The notes: generated by a model from the letters alone, not told the origin. 64,000 bases of DNA from a bacterium (GCA_037200965.1 JBBCGK010000001.1:448001-512000); one strand, 5' to 3'. Shown: positions 28,851 to 39,127, counted from the stretch's first letter. Program-made: numbers and translations.

Positions 28851-29855
28851 ATGTTGAGTCGCCGCATGCCCGGTATTACCGAATTACTTTTGAAAATCGC
28901 GCCCAAGATCGGCGCAAAAGTGCTGATCGAGCCTGAGTGGGGCTACGTCGGGCAAATCGCCTTCCGAAGCGGTCGCAAGCGGTACTTCCGGTTCTCCAGC
29001 GTTGACGTGAATACGCTGGGCGCATCGGAAGTCGCGAAGGACAAAGATTTTGCGAACTTCTTCATGAAGCACATGGGTTATCCCATCGTGAAAGGAAAAA
29101 CGTTCTTCCGGGACGACTGGGCAGAGACAATCCGCTCCAAGCGAAAGATCACGGCCGCCTATCGATACGCGCGACGGCTGGGATTTCCGGTGATTGTGAA
29201 GCCTAACAGCGGCAGTCAGGGGAAAGCAGTATGCTTGGCTCGCACGAAGCGTCAATTCTATCGCGGAATGCGGGCGACCTTTGAGGTGGACAAAGTCGCG
29301 CTTGTCCAAATACCTGTTTCAGGAAAAGACTACCGCATCGTGGTCTTGGACCGAGAAATCATTTCGGCGTACTACAGGGTTCCGCTAAGCGTCGTCGGCA
29401 ATGGAAAAGCTTCCGTAGCGGCGTTGCTCAAGTCGAAGCAGAAAGAGTTTCGGCGCGCCGGGCGCGACACGGCGATCAGGGCCGACGATCCGCGCATAGC
29501 GGAAAAGCTCGAGCATCAGGGACTGAGCTTCGCTTCCGTTCTCCGAAAGGATCAAAAGGTTTTTCTTTTGGATAACGCCAACCTTTCGACGGGCGGCGAA
29601 TCGGAAGACGTAACGGAAAGCGTGCACAAGGAGTTCAGGAAAATCGCGGTGTCGCTTACGAGGGATATGGGACTGCGCCTGTGCGGCGTCGATCTCATGA
29701 TAGACGGGGATATCTCGGAGCCGCCCAAAACGTATTGGGTGCTTGAAGTCAATTCGGCCCCGGGGCTCGATCATTATGCGAAAAGCGGCGCGGCACAAAA
29801 CAAAATCGTCGAAAAGATGTATACGACGGTGCTTAAGAGCTTGGATCGTGACTAG
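28851..29855 (+). CDS. ATP-grasp family ligase (RimK / cyanophycin-synthetase-like fold)
   Basis: YRYARRLGFPVIVKPNSGSQGKAV. DYRIVVLDREIISAYYR. ANLSTGGESEDVT. CGVDLMIDGDI...YWVLEVNSAPGLDHY. Confidence 0.65.
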   Translation: MLSRRMPGITELLLKIAPKIGAKVLIEPEWGYVGQIAFRSGRKRYFRFSSVDVNTLGASEVAKDKDFANFFMKHMGYPIVKGKTFFRDDWAETIRSKRKITAAYRYARRLGFPVIVKPNSGSQGKAVCLARTKRQFYRGMRATFEVDKVALVQIPVSGKDYRIVVLDREIISAYYRVPLSVVGNGKASVAALLKSKQKEFRRAGRDTAIRADDPRIAEKLEHQGLSFASVLRKDQKVFLLDNANLSTGGESEDVTESVHKEFRKIAVSLTRDMGLRLCGVDLMIDGDISEPPKTYWVLEVNSAPGLDHYAKSGAAQNKIVEKMYTTVLKSLDRD

Positions 29856-29947
29856 CTCGTGTATAGTCCATACGACCGATCTTCCTGACACCAATAGGCA
29901 TCGGCCAAATCGTGATTGCTGACCAACGTTTTGCGCCGAGCGACCGC

Positions 29948-30238
29948 CTAGTCGGGATCGTAGGGATTATTGGTATCCGTGCCATTGCGCGAGGAACCAG
30001 ACGGCGAACTATACGGATCGACGCGCTTGTGACCTTGCTCGCCCGTATAGGGGTTCACGTTTGGATACGTCGAGTAATTGTTATAGGGATTGCTGTCAGG
30101 CGATGAGCGATGGTGTGGCGGAACATACGTGCCGTCCTTCCGCACATAGCCTCTGACACTGACGTCCTTCGCTGCCGCCTCAGCGCCAGTGGCCAGCAGG
30201 GTCGTGAAGACCAAAAGGGCGGCAAAAATCTTGCGCAT
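29948..30238 (-). CDS. small secreted hypothetical protein (Pro/Tyr/Asn-rich)
   Basis: MRKIFAALLVFTTLLATGAEAAAKDVSVRGYVRKDGTYVPPHH... has a signal peptide. Confidence 0.5.
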   Translation of the reverse strand: MRKIFAALLVFTTLLATGAEAAAKDVSVRGYVRKDGTYVPPHHRSSPDSNPYNNYSTYPNVNPYTGEQGHKRVDPYSSPSGSSRNGTDTNNPYDPD

Positions 30239-30348
30239 ATTAACTCCGATCAAAAATGCGGCTCGATGCTAGTTTAGTGGCTGGCGCAGGGCCAGAGGAA
30301 TAATCTTCGCAAGCGTGCGTCAGGCCACGCCCTACGGTAACGCGTCGA

Positions 30349-31314
30349 TCAGTTCGCCTCGTCGAAAATCCCATTCAGGATCGCCCCAAGCCGCACCCCT
30401 GCCGCCTGCAAGCGCTCTTCCACGATGGCGGCGCGGTCTTCCTTGTAGTTGCCGTCGGGCGCGAAGACGCGAACGGCGCCACCGGTATACGTCTCGCTGT
30501 CTTCGGAATAGCGGCAGGTGGTGCCGGAGAGCGTACAGTATCCGGTGTCGGGCGCGCGGGAGACGGTGAGCGATTCGTTGGCCCATACCATCGGATCGAG
30601 CGACGCCTTCCACGTTGCCCGCTGCTCGTCCGTGATTTCCTTTTGAAGAACATTGCCAAACGCCTCGCGCCCAGGGCCTGCTGGCTTCGTCTGCGCGATG
30701 TGGAGATCACGCATGACTTGTTCGGGAATGCAGGTGTCCCACACGGTATGGAGCGCGGTTTTGCCGTCATAGGCGCAGCCCGAGACGCCCTTCACGCCGA
30801 CGCTGTTGCCGCCGCGATCATCGGCATACGAAATGTGGAGCGGCTGGTGTATGTCGCCGAGCCAGTGCCCGAGGAATTTGAGGGCCGTGCGCTTCTTGTC
30901 GGTTGAGGCATTCGGGTCTTTGAGGATGGCGATATCGGCGGGGATGGCCGTGAAAAGGCACGTCGCCGCATTCACGCACTTGGCCTCGGGGAAGCTCGTC
31001 CAATCGCGCGGCATATTGATGAAGTGCTCCGCCCTCCGGCTGCTTTGCACATCGCCCTTCTCGTCCGGCCAGGTGCAGGCCCCGTGGAAGGTTCTCGGTA
31101 TCTCCTTGCCGTCAGCGTCCTTAAGCGGGGTTTCTGAGCGGATAAGCTTGTTGACCGCCTTGCGGGCCGTCGGCGTGAGCTCCTTGTATGCGATCTCGCA
31201 GACCGCCTCGTGGCCGGTGCCGCCGAAGGCGAGGGCACCGCTCGTTGTGAGACAAAGACTGACGAAGCCACCAGCTCCAAACAGCGCAAGAAGAACCCGC
31301 CGACGTCCACCCAT
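30349..31314 (-). CDS. S1/P1-family zinc-dependent secreted nuclease
   Basis: Signal peptide. FGGTGHEAVCEIAY. HFINMP. LKFLGHWLGDIHQPLH. LHTVWD. These are the S1-P1 nuclease Zn-ligand motifs. Confidence 0.8.
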   Translation of the reverse strand: MGGRRRVLLALFGAGGFVSLCLTTSGALAFGGTGHEAVCEIAYKELTPTARKAVNKLIRSETPLKDADGKEIPRTFHGACTWPDEKGDVQSSRRAEHFINMPRDWTSFPEAKCVNAATCLFTAIPADIAILKDPNASTDKKRTALKFLGHWLGDIHQPLHISYADDRGGNSVGVKGVSGCAYDGKTALHTVWDTCIPEQVMRDLHIAQTKPAGPGREAFGNVLQKEITDEQRATWKASLDPMVWANESLTVSRAPDTGYCTLSGTTCRYSEDSETYTGGAVRVFAPDGNYKEDRAAIVEERLQAAGVRLGAILNGIFDEAN

Positions 31315-31444
31315 GTACCCGCTCCCCCTCACTATTCGTGCCCAGGATGCGAGGACTCGCCCTAGCCGAAGAACGGATGATGCCCGGATGATTTCACCCG
31401 TCCAAGAGGAATGTGCGCCTTAGACTTCGTATCGGGCCGGGCCT

Positions 31445-32350
31445 ATGCTGCTTCTATTGGTGGGGTGTTTCTCAGGGGGTATTGGCATGACTAGCGGCAC
31501 GCGAGTTTTTCCGACGCGTTCGTATCGGGCATCATTTCCCATTCATGCGCTTCTTGCCGTCTTCGCGCTTCTCGTCGCGGGTGCGTATGGCCCGGCCGGT
31601 TCGGCCTTGGCCGCGACCAGCGCGGCGTCCTTCTGCCTTGACGCATGCCCCGAGGGCGCGCCGGCAAAGAACAAGACGGTCGTGCACCATGTCTATGCGC
31701 TCAGCTCGAACCCCGACACGAAATTCGCCGATTGGGTCGCGTACAAGATCTCCAAAGCGACCATCGGGTCGAACTGTTCGCGCAAGTGGGCGAAGGACCC
31801 GGACCTAGCGGCCGGCACCACGCTCAAGCCCGCCGATTACAAGGACATCAGTGCGGCGCTCCAGTCCGACCGGGGCCATCAAGCGCCCTTGGCAAGCCTA
31901 TGCGGCTCGAAGTTCAATGCCGAGGCGAACTATCTCTCGAACATCACCCCACAAAAGTCCGACCTCAATCAGGGCGCATGGGTGCGGCTCGAAACCGCCG
32001 AACGCAAGCTCATTACGGGCGGCACCGCGAAGACCGTGTATACCGTCACCGGGACGCTCTACGAAAAGAAGATGCCGCCGCTTCCCAAGGCGAGCGTCAA
32101 GCACAAAGTCCCTTCGGGCTATTGGAAGATCGTCGCCGTCGAGACGGACGACGGGATCGACGCCGTGGCGTTCGTCATGCCGCAGGATACACCCAAAGCC
32201 GCCGATTATTGCGAAACGCGCACCACCATCGGCGACGTTGAGACGCGCTCGGGCCTCAAGTTCTTCCTCGATCTCAACGAGACCGACCGCACGCAGCTTG
32301 AGGAGAGCGAGGCGAAGACCGGCCTCTATGAGGATTTGGGCTGCGAGTAG
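31445..32350 (+). CDS. secreted DNA/RNA non-specific endonuclease (Serratia nuclease / Endonuclease_NS family)
   Basis: N-terminal signal/TM. Active-site motif SDRGHQAPLAS (DRGH). Confidence 0.8.
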   Translation: MLLLLVGCFSGGIGMTSGTRVFPTRSYRASFPIHALLAVFALLVAGAYGPAGSALAATSAASFCLDACPEGAPAKNKTVVHHVYALSSNPDTKFADWVAYKISKATIGSNCSRKWAKDPDLAAGTTLKPADYKDISAALQSDRGHQAPLASLCGSKFNAEANYLSNITPQKSDLNQGAWVRLETAERKLITGGTAKTVYTVTGTLYEKKMPPLPKASVKHKVPSGYWKIVAVETDDGIDAVAFVMPQDTPKAADYCETRTTIGDVETRSGLKFFLDLNETDRTQLEESEAKTGLYEDLGCE

Positions 32351-32371
32351 CACGAGCGCGGGAAGATACGG

Positions 32372-32660
32372 CATGCGCAAGGCATTCATACTGACGCTGG
32401 TGGCGTTCTCCGCACTTGCGGCAACCCCACTCATCGCGCGGACCACGGATGCGGAAGTCCGGGGACAAATGATCCGCGAGTCCATCGCAAGCTATCCCGG
32501 CAACTGCCCGTGTCCGTACAGCACGATGCGAAACGGGCGCTCCTGCGGCGGGCGAAGCGCGTACAGTCGGCCCGGCGGATATGCTCCGCTGTGCTACCCG
32601 TCTGACGTTTCGGACGATATGGTGCGCGGCTATCGAAGCACGCATGGGCTCGGGAACTGA
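32372..32660 (+). CDS. small secreted Cys-rich hypothetical protein
   Basis: MRKAFILTLVAFSALAATPLIA (signal), then ...SYPGNCPCPYSTMRNGRSCGGRSAYSRPGGYAPLCYP. Confidence 0.45.
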
Positions 32661-32856
32661 TCGATCCGATTGATATCTGGCGAAGCGCGCAAACGCTCAT
32701 CTCGCTCTATGGCGATGAGGCGGAACAGTTCGCGCTTCGCCGCGCCGCTACCCTGCTCGGCGAAGGAGACCGGGAGGGCCATGCGGCAATGGCAAGCGTT
32801 GCGGAAGCGGTGAAGAAGCTGCGGCAGGAGCGGCCCGAAAGCGGCGATGCCGTCCA

Positions 32857-33264
32857 CTAGTCGGCGTCCGGCAGCTTATCGGAAGCCTCGGCAAACTCCC
32901 GCACCAGCGCGACGATGTGCTTGCGCCGGGCGGGCGACTTGACCTGCGCGAACGCTCTCGCAAGCGCCCGCCCGTCGGCGCTCGAAAGCAGCGGCATTTC
33001 TTCCGCGAACAGTGCCGAACGGGCTTTGTCGTATGCCTCGGAAACGAAGTATTCCCAGGGCAGATCAAGCACCACCATCATCCGCAACAGCGCTTCAAGC
33101 GGCAGCCGGTTGGTTCCCTTTTCATACTTCTGCATCTGTTGGAAACTAACGCCGAGGCGCTTTCCGAGAGCGAGTTGCGACAGGCCGCGCAGCGTCCGTG
33201 CGGCAAATATCTTTTGGCCGATAATCTTATTGATCTCTGACGAACTGTGCTTGCGCGGGGCCAT
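32857..33264 (-). CDS. XRE-family (Cro/C1-type) HTH transcriptional regulator
   Basis: IGQKIFAARTLRGLSQLALGKRLGVSFQQMQKYEKGTNR. Confidence 0.75.
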   Translation of the reverse strand: MAPRKHSSSEINKIIGQKIFAARTLRGLSQLALGKRLGVSFQQMQKYEKGTNRLPLEALLRMMVVLDLPWEYFVSEAYDKARSALFAEEMPLLSSADGRALARAFAQVKSPARRKHIVALVREFAEASDKLPDAD

Positions 33265-33340
33265 TCTCAATCCCGTTATACTATCGATCTCGCAAATTCT
33301 ATGGCGCGAAAACCCCATTGTCGCGCGCAATCTCAGCCTG

Positions 33341-34324
33341 TTACGCCTCCTTCATCCACTCCCGGTGCATGCGCTCCCATTCCGGGCGCGGCGCTTCGAA
33401 CTCTTCCCGGAACCACGGCATATGCTCTGGCACGAAGACCGTCTCGCGCAGGAACGCGAGCGTCGATTTGACGGCGGGTTTTGCGGCATGCACGCGGTTA
33501 TATGAGATGTAGAGCTTGCCGGGAAGGCGAAACGCAAGCGGAAGGGCGACGAGGTCCGGGTCGCCAAGCGCGTGGTAGGTAGGTGCGAGCGCGATGCCCG
33601 CGCCAAAATGCAGGCACCGCTCGAAGAAGCTCGTCTGGTTGGTGAGGATCGACACGTTCTTGACGACGTTTCCGCCCGACCATGCGGCCCAGGATGCCGT
33701 GCGCGTCTGATACTGGGCGAGATCGAGCAACCGGTGCTCGCTAAGCGCTTCGCTCGTCTGCGGCGTCCCGTGTTTTTGCAGATAGGACTTCGACGCGAAC
33801 AGGGCGTAATGGACGGTCGCGAGCGGCCTCGACACCTGATCCGAATTTCCCGGATCGTAGAAGTGGATGCGGATGTCGAAGCTGTCGCTTCGGGGCGCGG
33901 TGATGTCCTGATCGGGCGATACCTTGAGCTCAATGTTCGGATGCCGTTCGAGGAAGCTCGGCATGAACTGCGCCAGCCAGAGGCTCGCAACCCCGTCCGC
34001 GACCAGGATGCGGCAGTCGCCTTGAACGCTGCCTCCGCTGTCCTTCGCGTCCCTGCGAAGGAGCGCAATGCATTTGCGCGCCTCAAACGCGTTCGGAAGC
34101 AGACGTTCGCCGAGGTCGGTGAGCGCGCAGCCGTCGGTGCCGCGTATGAATACGCGCCCGCCGATCCACTGTTCGAAGCTGCGCAGCCGCTTGCTCACGG
34201 TTGCCTGCGTTGATCCGAGCATCGCCGCGGCCCGCTTGATGCTGCCGCCCTCGGCGATTGCGAGAAAATAGCGGAGATCGTTCCACTGCTCGGGCGAGGG
34301 GTCATCACTATTGGAAAGTACCAT
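33341..34324 (-). CDS. LysR-family transcriptional regulator
   Basis: N-terminal HTH LRYFLAIAEGGSIKRAAAMLGSTQATVSKRLRSFEQWIGGRVFIR, followed by a ~200-aa substrate-binding domain. Confidence 0.85.
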   Translation of the reverse strand: MVLSNSDDPSPEQWNDLRYFLAIAEGGSIKRAAAMLGSTQATVSKRLRSFEQWIGGRVFIRGTDGCALTDLGERLLPNAFEARKCIALLRRDAKDSGGSVQGDCRILVADGVASLWLAQFMPSFLERHPNIELKVSPDQDITAPRSDSFDIRIHFYDPGNSDQVSRPLATVHYALFASKSYLQKHGTPQTSEALSEHRLLDLAQYQTRTASWAAWSGGNVVKNVSILTNQTSFFERCLHFGAGIALAPTYHALGDPDLVALPLAFRLPGKLYISYNRVHAAKPAVKSTLAFLRETVFVPEHMPWFREEFEAPRPEWERMHREWMKEA

Positions 34325-34425
34325 CTTCCGTCCCTTGGCTTCCGGGCGGCGATAATCGAATGGCAATTTAAGCTCCGGCAACAAAAAAATGCATAAGGCG
34401 CCAGGCGGCGCCGTGGAGTAATTCC

Positions 34426-35592
34426 TTGGAAAAGAACGATTTTAGCGCGATACGAAGCGGTACCTACGGGCCCGAACATGCCGCAGCGCATCCCGATGGG
34501 GGAAGCGTATGGCTGCGTCCGGCCGGGGTCGGGGATATTCCGTTTGTGCATAGCCTGACCGTCTCGGACATCTCCGCCGAAACGGCACCGGAGGAGGTTA
34601 TTCGGGCTGTTCACGCCCGCAATCCCGATGCCCTGTGGCTTATCGAGCGCCAAAGAGGCGGGGAGCCACCGGCCCCTATCGGCTATTTCGGCTTCCTGCC
34701 GCTCACCGATCCCGGTCTCGACGCGCTCAAGGAAGGCGCGCTCGACCGCAAGAGCCCGCCGCTTGAGCTTGTGGCCGAGGGCGGCACGCGTCCGGCGGCG
34801 GTGTACGTGTGGGGCGTCGTGGCGCATCGCCTAGTGCGGGTCACCGCGCCGCTCCTCACCCTCGCGCTTTCGCCTTACATCGACGTTCCCTTCTACACCG
34901 TCTCCCAGACCGAAGAGGGGCTGCGCTCGGCCCGTAGGCGCGGCTTCGTGCCGGTCGATGCGCGGATCGGCGACCGGGGCGGGCTCGTGCTGCTGCCGCT
35001 TGGCAGCCTTCTTGCGCCGCCGCCAAGCAAAGTCGCGCAGCTCGACGTGATCGTGGCCTCGAACGCCGAGCACCTCATGATGTGCGCCTATGTTCGCGGC
35101 GTGGTGTTCGGCGCGGAGCAGCTCGCCCCCTACCGCGAGGAATTCGACGGCAACGACTTCTGCGGCATCCAGCTTCTGGGGTTCGTGAACAACGAGCCTG
35201 CGGCAGTGCTTCGCATCCGTCACTTCGCGTCATTCGCGAAATTCGAGCGGTATGCCGTGCTCGAGCGCTTCCGCAAAACGCGGATCAAGTACGAAATCCT
35301 GGAGTTCGGAATCGAGCTGTGCCGCCGCAAGGGATACACGAAGCTCTACGCGCACTCGCAGGTGCGCCTCGTCCGCTTCTATGAGCGGTTCGGCTTTCGT
35401 CTGTGCGCCGCGCAGCGTCCGCTCGTCTTCGCGGATCACGAATACGTCGAGATCGAAGCCGACCTCGCGCCGCATCCCGAGGCGATCACGACCGCCACCG
35501 ATCCCTACGTGATCATCCGACCCGAAGGGGCGTGGGACAGGCGCGGCGTTCTTGACCAGTCAGCGGCACGGCCCGCGACTAATCCCGTCTAG
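34426..35592 (+). CDS. GNAT-family N-acetyltransferase (tandem acetyltransferase-like domains)
   Basis: Two GNAT-like cores, one near 34.6-34.9 kb and a second ...CAYVRGVVFGAEQ...YTKLYAHSQVRLVRFYERFGF. Transcribed divergently from the LysR gene. Confidence 0.6.
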   Translation: MEKNDFSAIRSGTYGPEHAAAHPDGGSVWLRPAGVGDIPFVHSLTVSDISAETAPEEVIRAVHARNPDALWLIERQRGGEPPAPIGYFGFLPLTDPGLDALKEGALDRKSPPLELVAEGGTRPAAVYVWGVVAHRLVRVTAPLLTLALSPYIDVPFYTVSQTEEGLRSARRRGFVPVDARIGDRGGLVLLPLGSLLAPPPSKVAQLDVIVASNAEHLMMCAYVRGVVFGAEQLAPYREEFDGNDFCGIQLLGFVNNEPAAVLRIRHFASFAKFERYAVLERFRKTRIKYEILEFGIELCRRKGYTKLYAHSQVRLVRFYERFGFRLCAAQRPLVFADHEYVEIEADLAPHPEAITTATDPYVIIRPEGAWDRRGVLDQSAARPATNPV

Positions 35593-36098
35593 GAGTGCTC
35601 GACATGGCCGGAACGCTCGATTGCTTTGTCCGCCTTGTTGAACTCGACACCTGCGTGCGTGAGTTGGCACAGCGCAAGCGCGCGAATAATAGGATCAGCA
35701 TATCCGATCTTGATGACGTTCTCCTGGCGCTTGCTGAAGCTCGGGAAACGATCCAGGACGACGCGTATGACGAGATGGCGAGGCGGCGAGCGATAACAAC
35801 GGCGGACATAATGCAGTTCGCAAAAGATTAGCGAAAGCGCGCGGCTCTATTCAAAACGCGGCCTACGACAAGTTCGCAACTATTCGTCCGACAACACTCG
35901 CCCGATAACGGATCATTCGGCAACCAGAGGATAATGAGTATATCGCGGGAGCGAAGCATAGGAGACGATGCAGTGCATAGTCCGTCATAAATTCAACGGC
36001 GGCATCCTGATGGTAGCTGTATAACAGCGTGGTGCCGGAACTTCCCCTTGTAGCCAATACCGGGCTTCGTTACAAAGCTTCAAGGGGAGGCTATATGC

Positions 36099-37734
36099 AT
36101 GCTTAATCACACCTTTGGAGTGATCTCGCTGGGTCGTTTCCTCACTGCTATACGTCCTGCGCGTTATGCGGTCCGCTCTGCCAATCGAACACGCTTCGGC
36201 CAAGGGCTGGTCTCGGTCCGCACCCTAGTCGTCGCTGCGTGCGTTGCAATGAGTTGGCTAGCCGCATTGCCGCAAGCCGCCATCGCGAGCAGCGTCTTGA
36301 TGAGCGTGCCAGGCGAAAGCGACGTAAACTCGGCGGGTGCCTTCACATATTCACTTCCTATTGCAGTTCCGCCCGGGACTGCCCGCATCGTACCGCGACT
36401 GTCGCTTGATTATTCCAGTCAAAGCGGCAATGGCCTCCAAGGCCTCGGCTGGTCGCTTTCCGGATTGCCGGCAATAGGAAGATGCGCGCGCACGGTGGCG
36501 CAAGACGGCGTGCATGGCAGTGTCAATTACGACGGCAGCGACAAATTCTGCTTGGAAGGCCAGCGCCTAGTCGCCCTAAGCGGCGTCTATGGCGCGAACA
36601 ATACGGAATATCGTACCGAAATAGAGAGTTTCACCAAAATTATTTCATACGGAACGGCGGGTAACGGGCCAGCCTCGTTCAAAGCGTGGACCAAGTCCGG
36701 TCAAATCCTGGAATTCGGAAACACGGCGGATTCCCGTATCGAAGCGGTCGGCAAGACAACGGTGCGCGCGTGGGCCGTCAATAAGGTTTCCGATGCCAAA
36801 GGAAACTACGTCACGGTCGAATACACCGACGACCAAACTAACGGAGAGGCGTATCCGGTTCGGATTGATTATACCGGCAATCCCAACGCAACGCCGGTGG
36901 TTATGCCGTACAATTCCGTGCAGTTCACATACACAACGCGCGCAGATATCACGATTGCCTATCAGGCCGGTTCGCAGCAGAAGATCACAAAACTTCTCAC
37001 CAATATTAAGACTTATCAAGCCGCGAATTTGGTTTCCGACTATCGCCTTGCCTATCAAGCCGGCTCATCGCTCGCACATTCGCGTCTAACGTCCATCACG
37101 TTATGTGATGGGTCGGGTACGCCGGTATGCCTTGCCCCCACGACCTTTGGCTGGCAGGGTGGCAGCGGTAGCCTGCCGACAATGACCGGGACCGCATCCA
37201 CTATCATTCCGACGCAAAGCGGTGATTTCAACGTTGACGGATTAACAGACCCCTTTGTCAAAGCCCCGTATTTTGGAACTCAGAGCGGAACGTTCGTCGC
37301 GAGCGGCATGACTATAAGCTATACCGACCCCATATCGGGATTGCCGTGGTCGGGTCTAACGGCTTTCCCCAACACAATGGTCGGGTTTGTATTGGGTGAT
37401 ACCGACGGAGACGGGTATAGCGACGTCACCGCGATGCGGGGTATCGCACATGGCGCTTATGCCAGGTTGGTGGTTACGCGCAACGACCAGCTCGGAAATC
37501 TTGGTCAGATCGGCCTGATCGATCCGCTGCATGCTGGCGCCATATTCAGCGGCGACTTCAATGGAGACGCGCGCACGGACGTTTTCGTGACGGGTGTAGC
37601 TTCTTATAACAGTACGACGTATCTGAGCCTGGGGACCGGATCGTTCACCGCCATCAACATGAGTTCGGTATATGAACCCATCACGACCGCCGATTTTGAT
37701 GGTGACGGATGCACCGATTTCTTGGGATCGACTA
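36099..37734 (+). pseudogene. N-terminal portion of an SpvB-domain / FG-GAP-repeat polymorphic-toxin (Tc-toxin TcB / RHS-like) protein, cut at repeat 3
   Basis: SpvB-type N-terminus (RLSLDYSSQSGNGLQGLGWSLSGLPAIGRCARTVAQDGVHGSVNYDGSDKFCLEGQRLV). FG-GAP-like Ca-binding repeats (FNVDGLTD, GDTDGDGYSDV, GDFNGDARTDVF, ADFDGDGCTDFLGS). The homology ends exactly where the 36-mer begins. The 160 aa after the repeat are frame-read-through junk. Confidence 0.7.
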
Positions 37735-37770
37735 GTTGCACAACCTCCTTTTTACGAACGATCCTGCAGG
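37735..37770 (-). repeat. 36-bp array repeat, copy 3
   Basis: Exact match to the 36-mer. It cuts into the SpvB/FG-GAP ORF. Confidence 0.95.
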
Positions 37771-37784
37771 TTTCCGTTAATCTT

Positions 37785-39125
37785 CTAAGTCTCTTGTTGA
37801 GACGCAACACAGCCCCACGCCGCTTTTACCGAGTCATAGATAAAGCCTACCGTCAGAACCTTGGATATAACCGTCGTGGTTGGCAACGCCGTGCCTTCTG
37901 CCACGAACGACGCCCCCCAGGTAATCGCCCGGGCCGTACCGTCGTCTTTGATCCTGAAGATGAGCGTCTGGAAGTTCGTGGGTGTACCGGAGAGATTTGT
38001 CGTCATCGACGTGATCGCGGTCGCAAGAGCAGTAATCGTCACGGCGTCGCACCCATCGCTATTCACTGTAGGGGTTGCCGAAGAAACAATCGTCGTTATG
38101 CGTGGAGTATTTCTCTTATTTGCAAGAGTCTGTGTACCATTGTTAGTCACGACACTGTCAGCGTTTGTGCCTGCAACCGAGATTCTCAAATCTCCTGTTC
38201 CAACGGTAAGCACTCCTGAGGTGTGCGTTGCAACCCAGTTACCGTTACTAATGTTCCAGGTAAAACCAGTAGCACTAAAGAGATCGGCCCATCCAAGCGC
38301 GGTCGTCCCAAGAGCGGCAATATCATTCGTGACCGGGGAAAGAGCGGAGGAGGTAAGTTGTATCGTTCCTGTTCCGTTGATAGCCAGACCAAGCGTATTG
38401 GTTGTAGGAAGGTAGAGGCGATTACCGGTAGCAGTTGAAGAGGTAGGAGCAAAGCCAGCCGCAGTTGCCAGCGATGCCAACGTCAAAGCTCCGGCGTCGG
38501 TCAAGGTTGCATTGGTGGATGTTGCTTGTGCGCCGCGCGAAGTACCATCGGACCGAAGTATAGATTCATCTGTGGCAAAAGTGGCGGCAGCGGTGACTAC
38601 ATTACTCGGTATATCGCTTGTAAGAGCGACGGTACCCGTGGACGCCGGAAGGGTAATGGTGTTAGTTCCAGCGATTGCCGTAGGGACGAGGGCGATGGTA
38701 CCGGAAGTTGAACCCGAGAAGGTTACACCCTGGGTACCGGAAATGATGCCAGTGGTGTCAGCAATAAGCACTGCCGAGTTCTGGATCAGCTTACCAGTGG
38801 TAGTGTCGAAGCGGGCCACGGCGTTATCAGTTGCTGAAGCCGGGCCTACAACATAGGTAGCAAGGGAAGCAGTCGTAGGAATAACATAGCCGCTTTGGAG
38901 CGCTATAGCGATCGTTCCGGAAGTAGTGATCGGTACGCCGGATACCGTAAGTCCTGTCGGTACCGTAGCGTCAACGGATGTAACCGTACCTCCTCCTCCG
39001 GGGAGGTCTATAAGAAGCCTGTGCGTCGTCGGGTCTGCATATAGACGCACAGGCGTCTTGCCGTCAGCGCTTGAAGCTGCTATCAGCGTTGGAACATCGT
39101 TCTGGTCTCGGTAAGCATCAGCCAT
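37785..39125 (-). CDS. phage tail-fibre-like protein (Thr/Gly/Ala-rich beta-helical)
   Basis: MADAYRDQNDVPTLIAASSADGKTPVRLYADPTTHRLLIDL, then ~400 aa of T/G/S/A-rich repeats. The stop lies 14 nt from repeat 3. Confidence 0.55.
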   Translation of the reverse strand: MADAYRDQNDVPTLIAASSADGKTPVRLYADPTTHRLLIDLPGGGGTVTSVDATVPTGLTVSGVPITTSGTIAIALQSGYVIPTTASLATYVVGPASATDNAVARFDTTTGKLIQNSAVLIADTTGIISGTQGVTFSGSTSGTIALVPTAIAGTNTITLPASTGTVALTSDIPSNVVTAAATFATDESILRSDGTSRGAQATSTNATLTDAGALTLASLATAAGFAPTSSTATGNRLYLPTTNTLGLAINGTGTIQLTSSALSPVTNDIAALGTTALGWADLFSATGFTWNISNGNWVATHTSGVLTVGTGDLRISVAGTNADSVVTNNGTQTLANKRNTPRITTIVSSATPTVNSDGCDAVTITALATAITSMTTNLSGTPTNFQTLIFRIKDDGTARAITWGASFVAEGTALPTTTVISKVLTVGFIYDSVKAAWGCVASQQET

Positions 39126-39127
39126 AA

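Noticed and set aside
33352-34086. Alternative-frame 244-aa ORF overlapping the LysR gene
   Set aside because: It is in the same strand but a different frame from a LysR regulator with a clear HTH. It is Arg/Ser-rich nonsense.
37771-38219. Continuation of ORF 36099..38219 beyond repeat 3
   Set aside because: Homology to the SpvB/FG-GAP protein ends at the repeat. The downstream 150 aa are Arg/Cys-rich nonsense overlapping the minus-strand tail-fibre gene.
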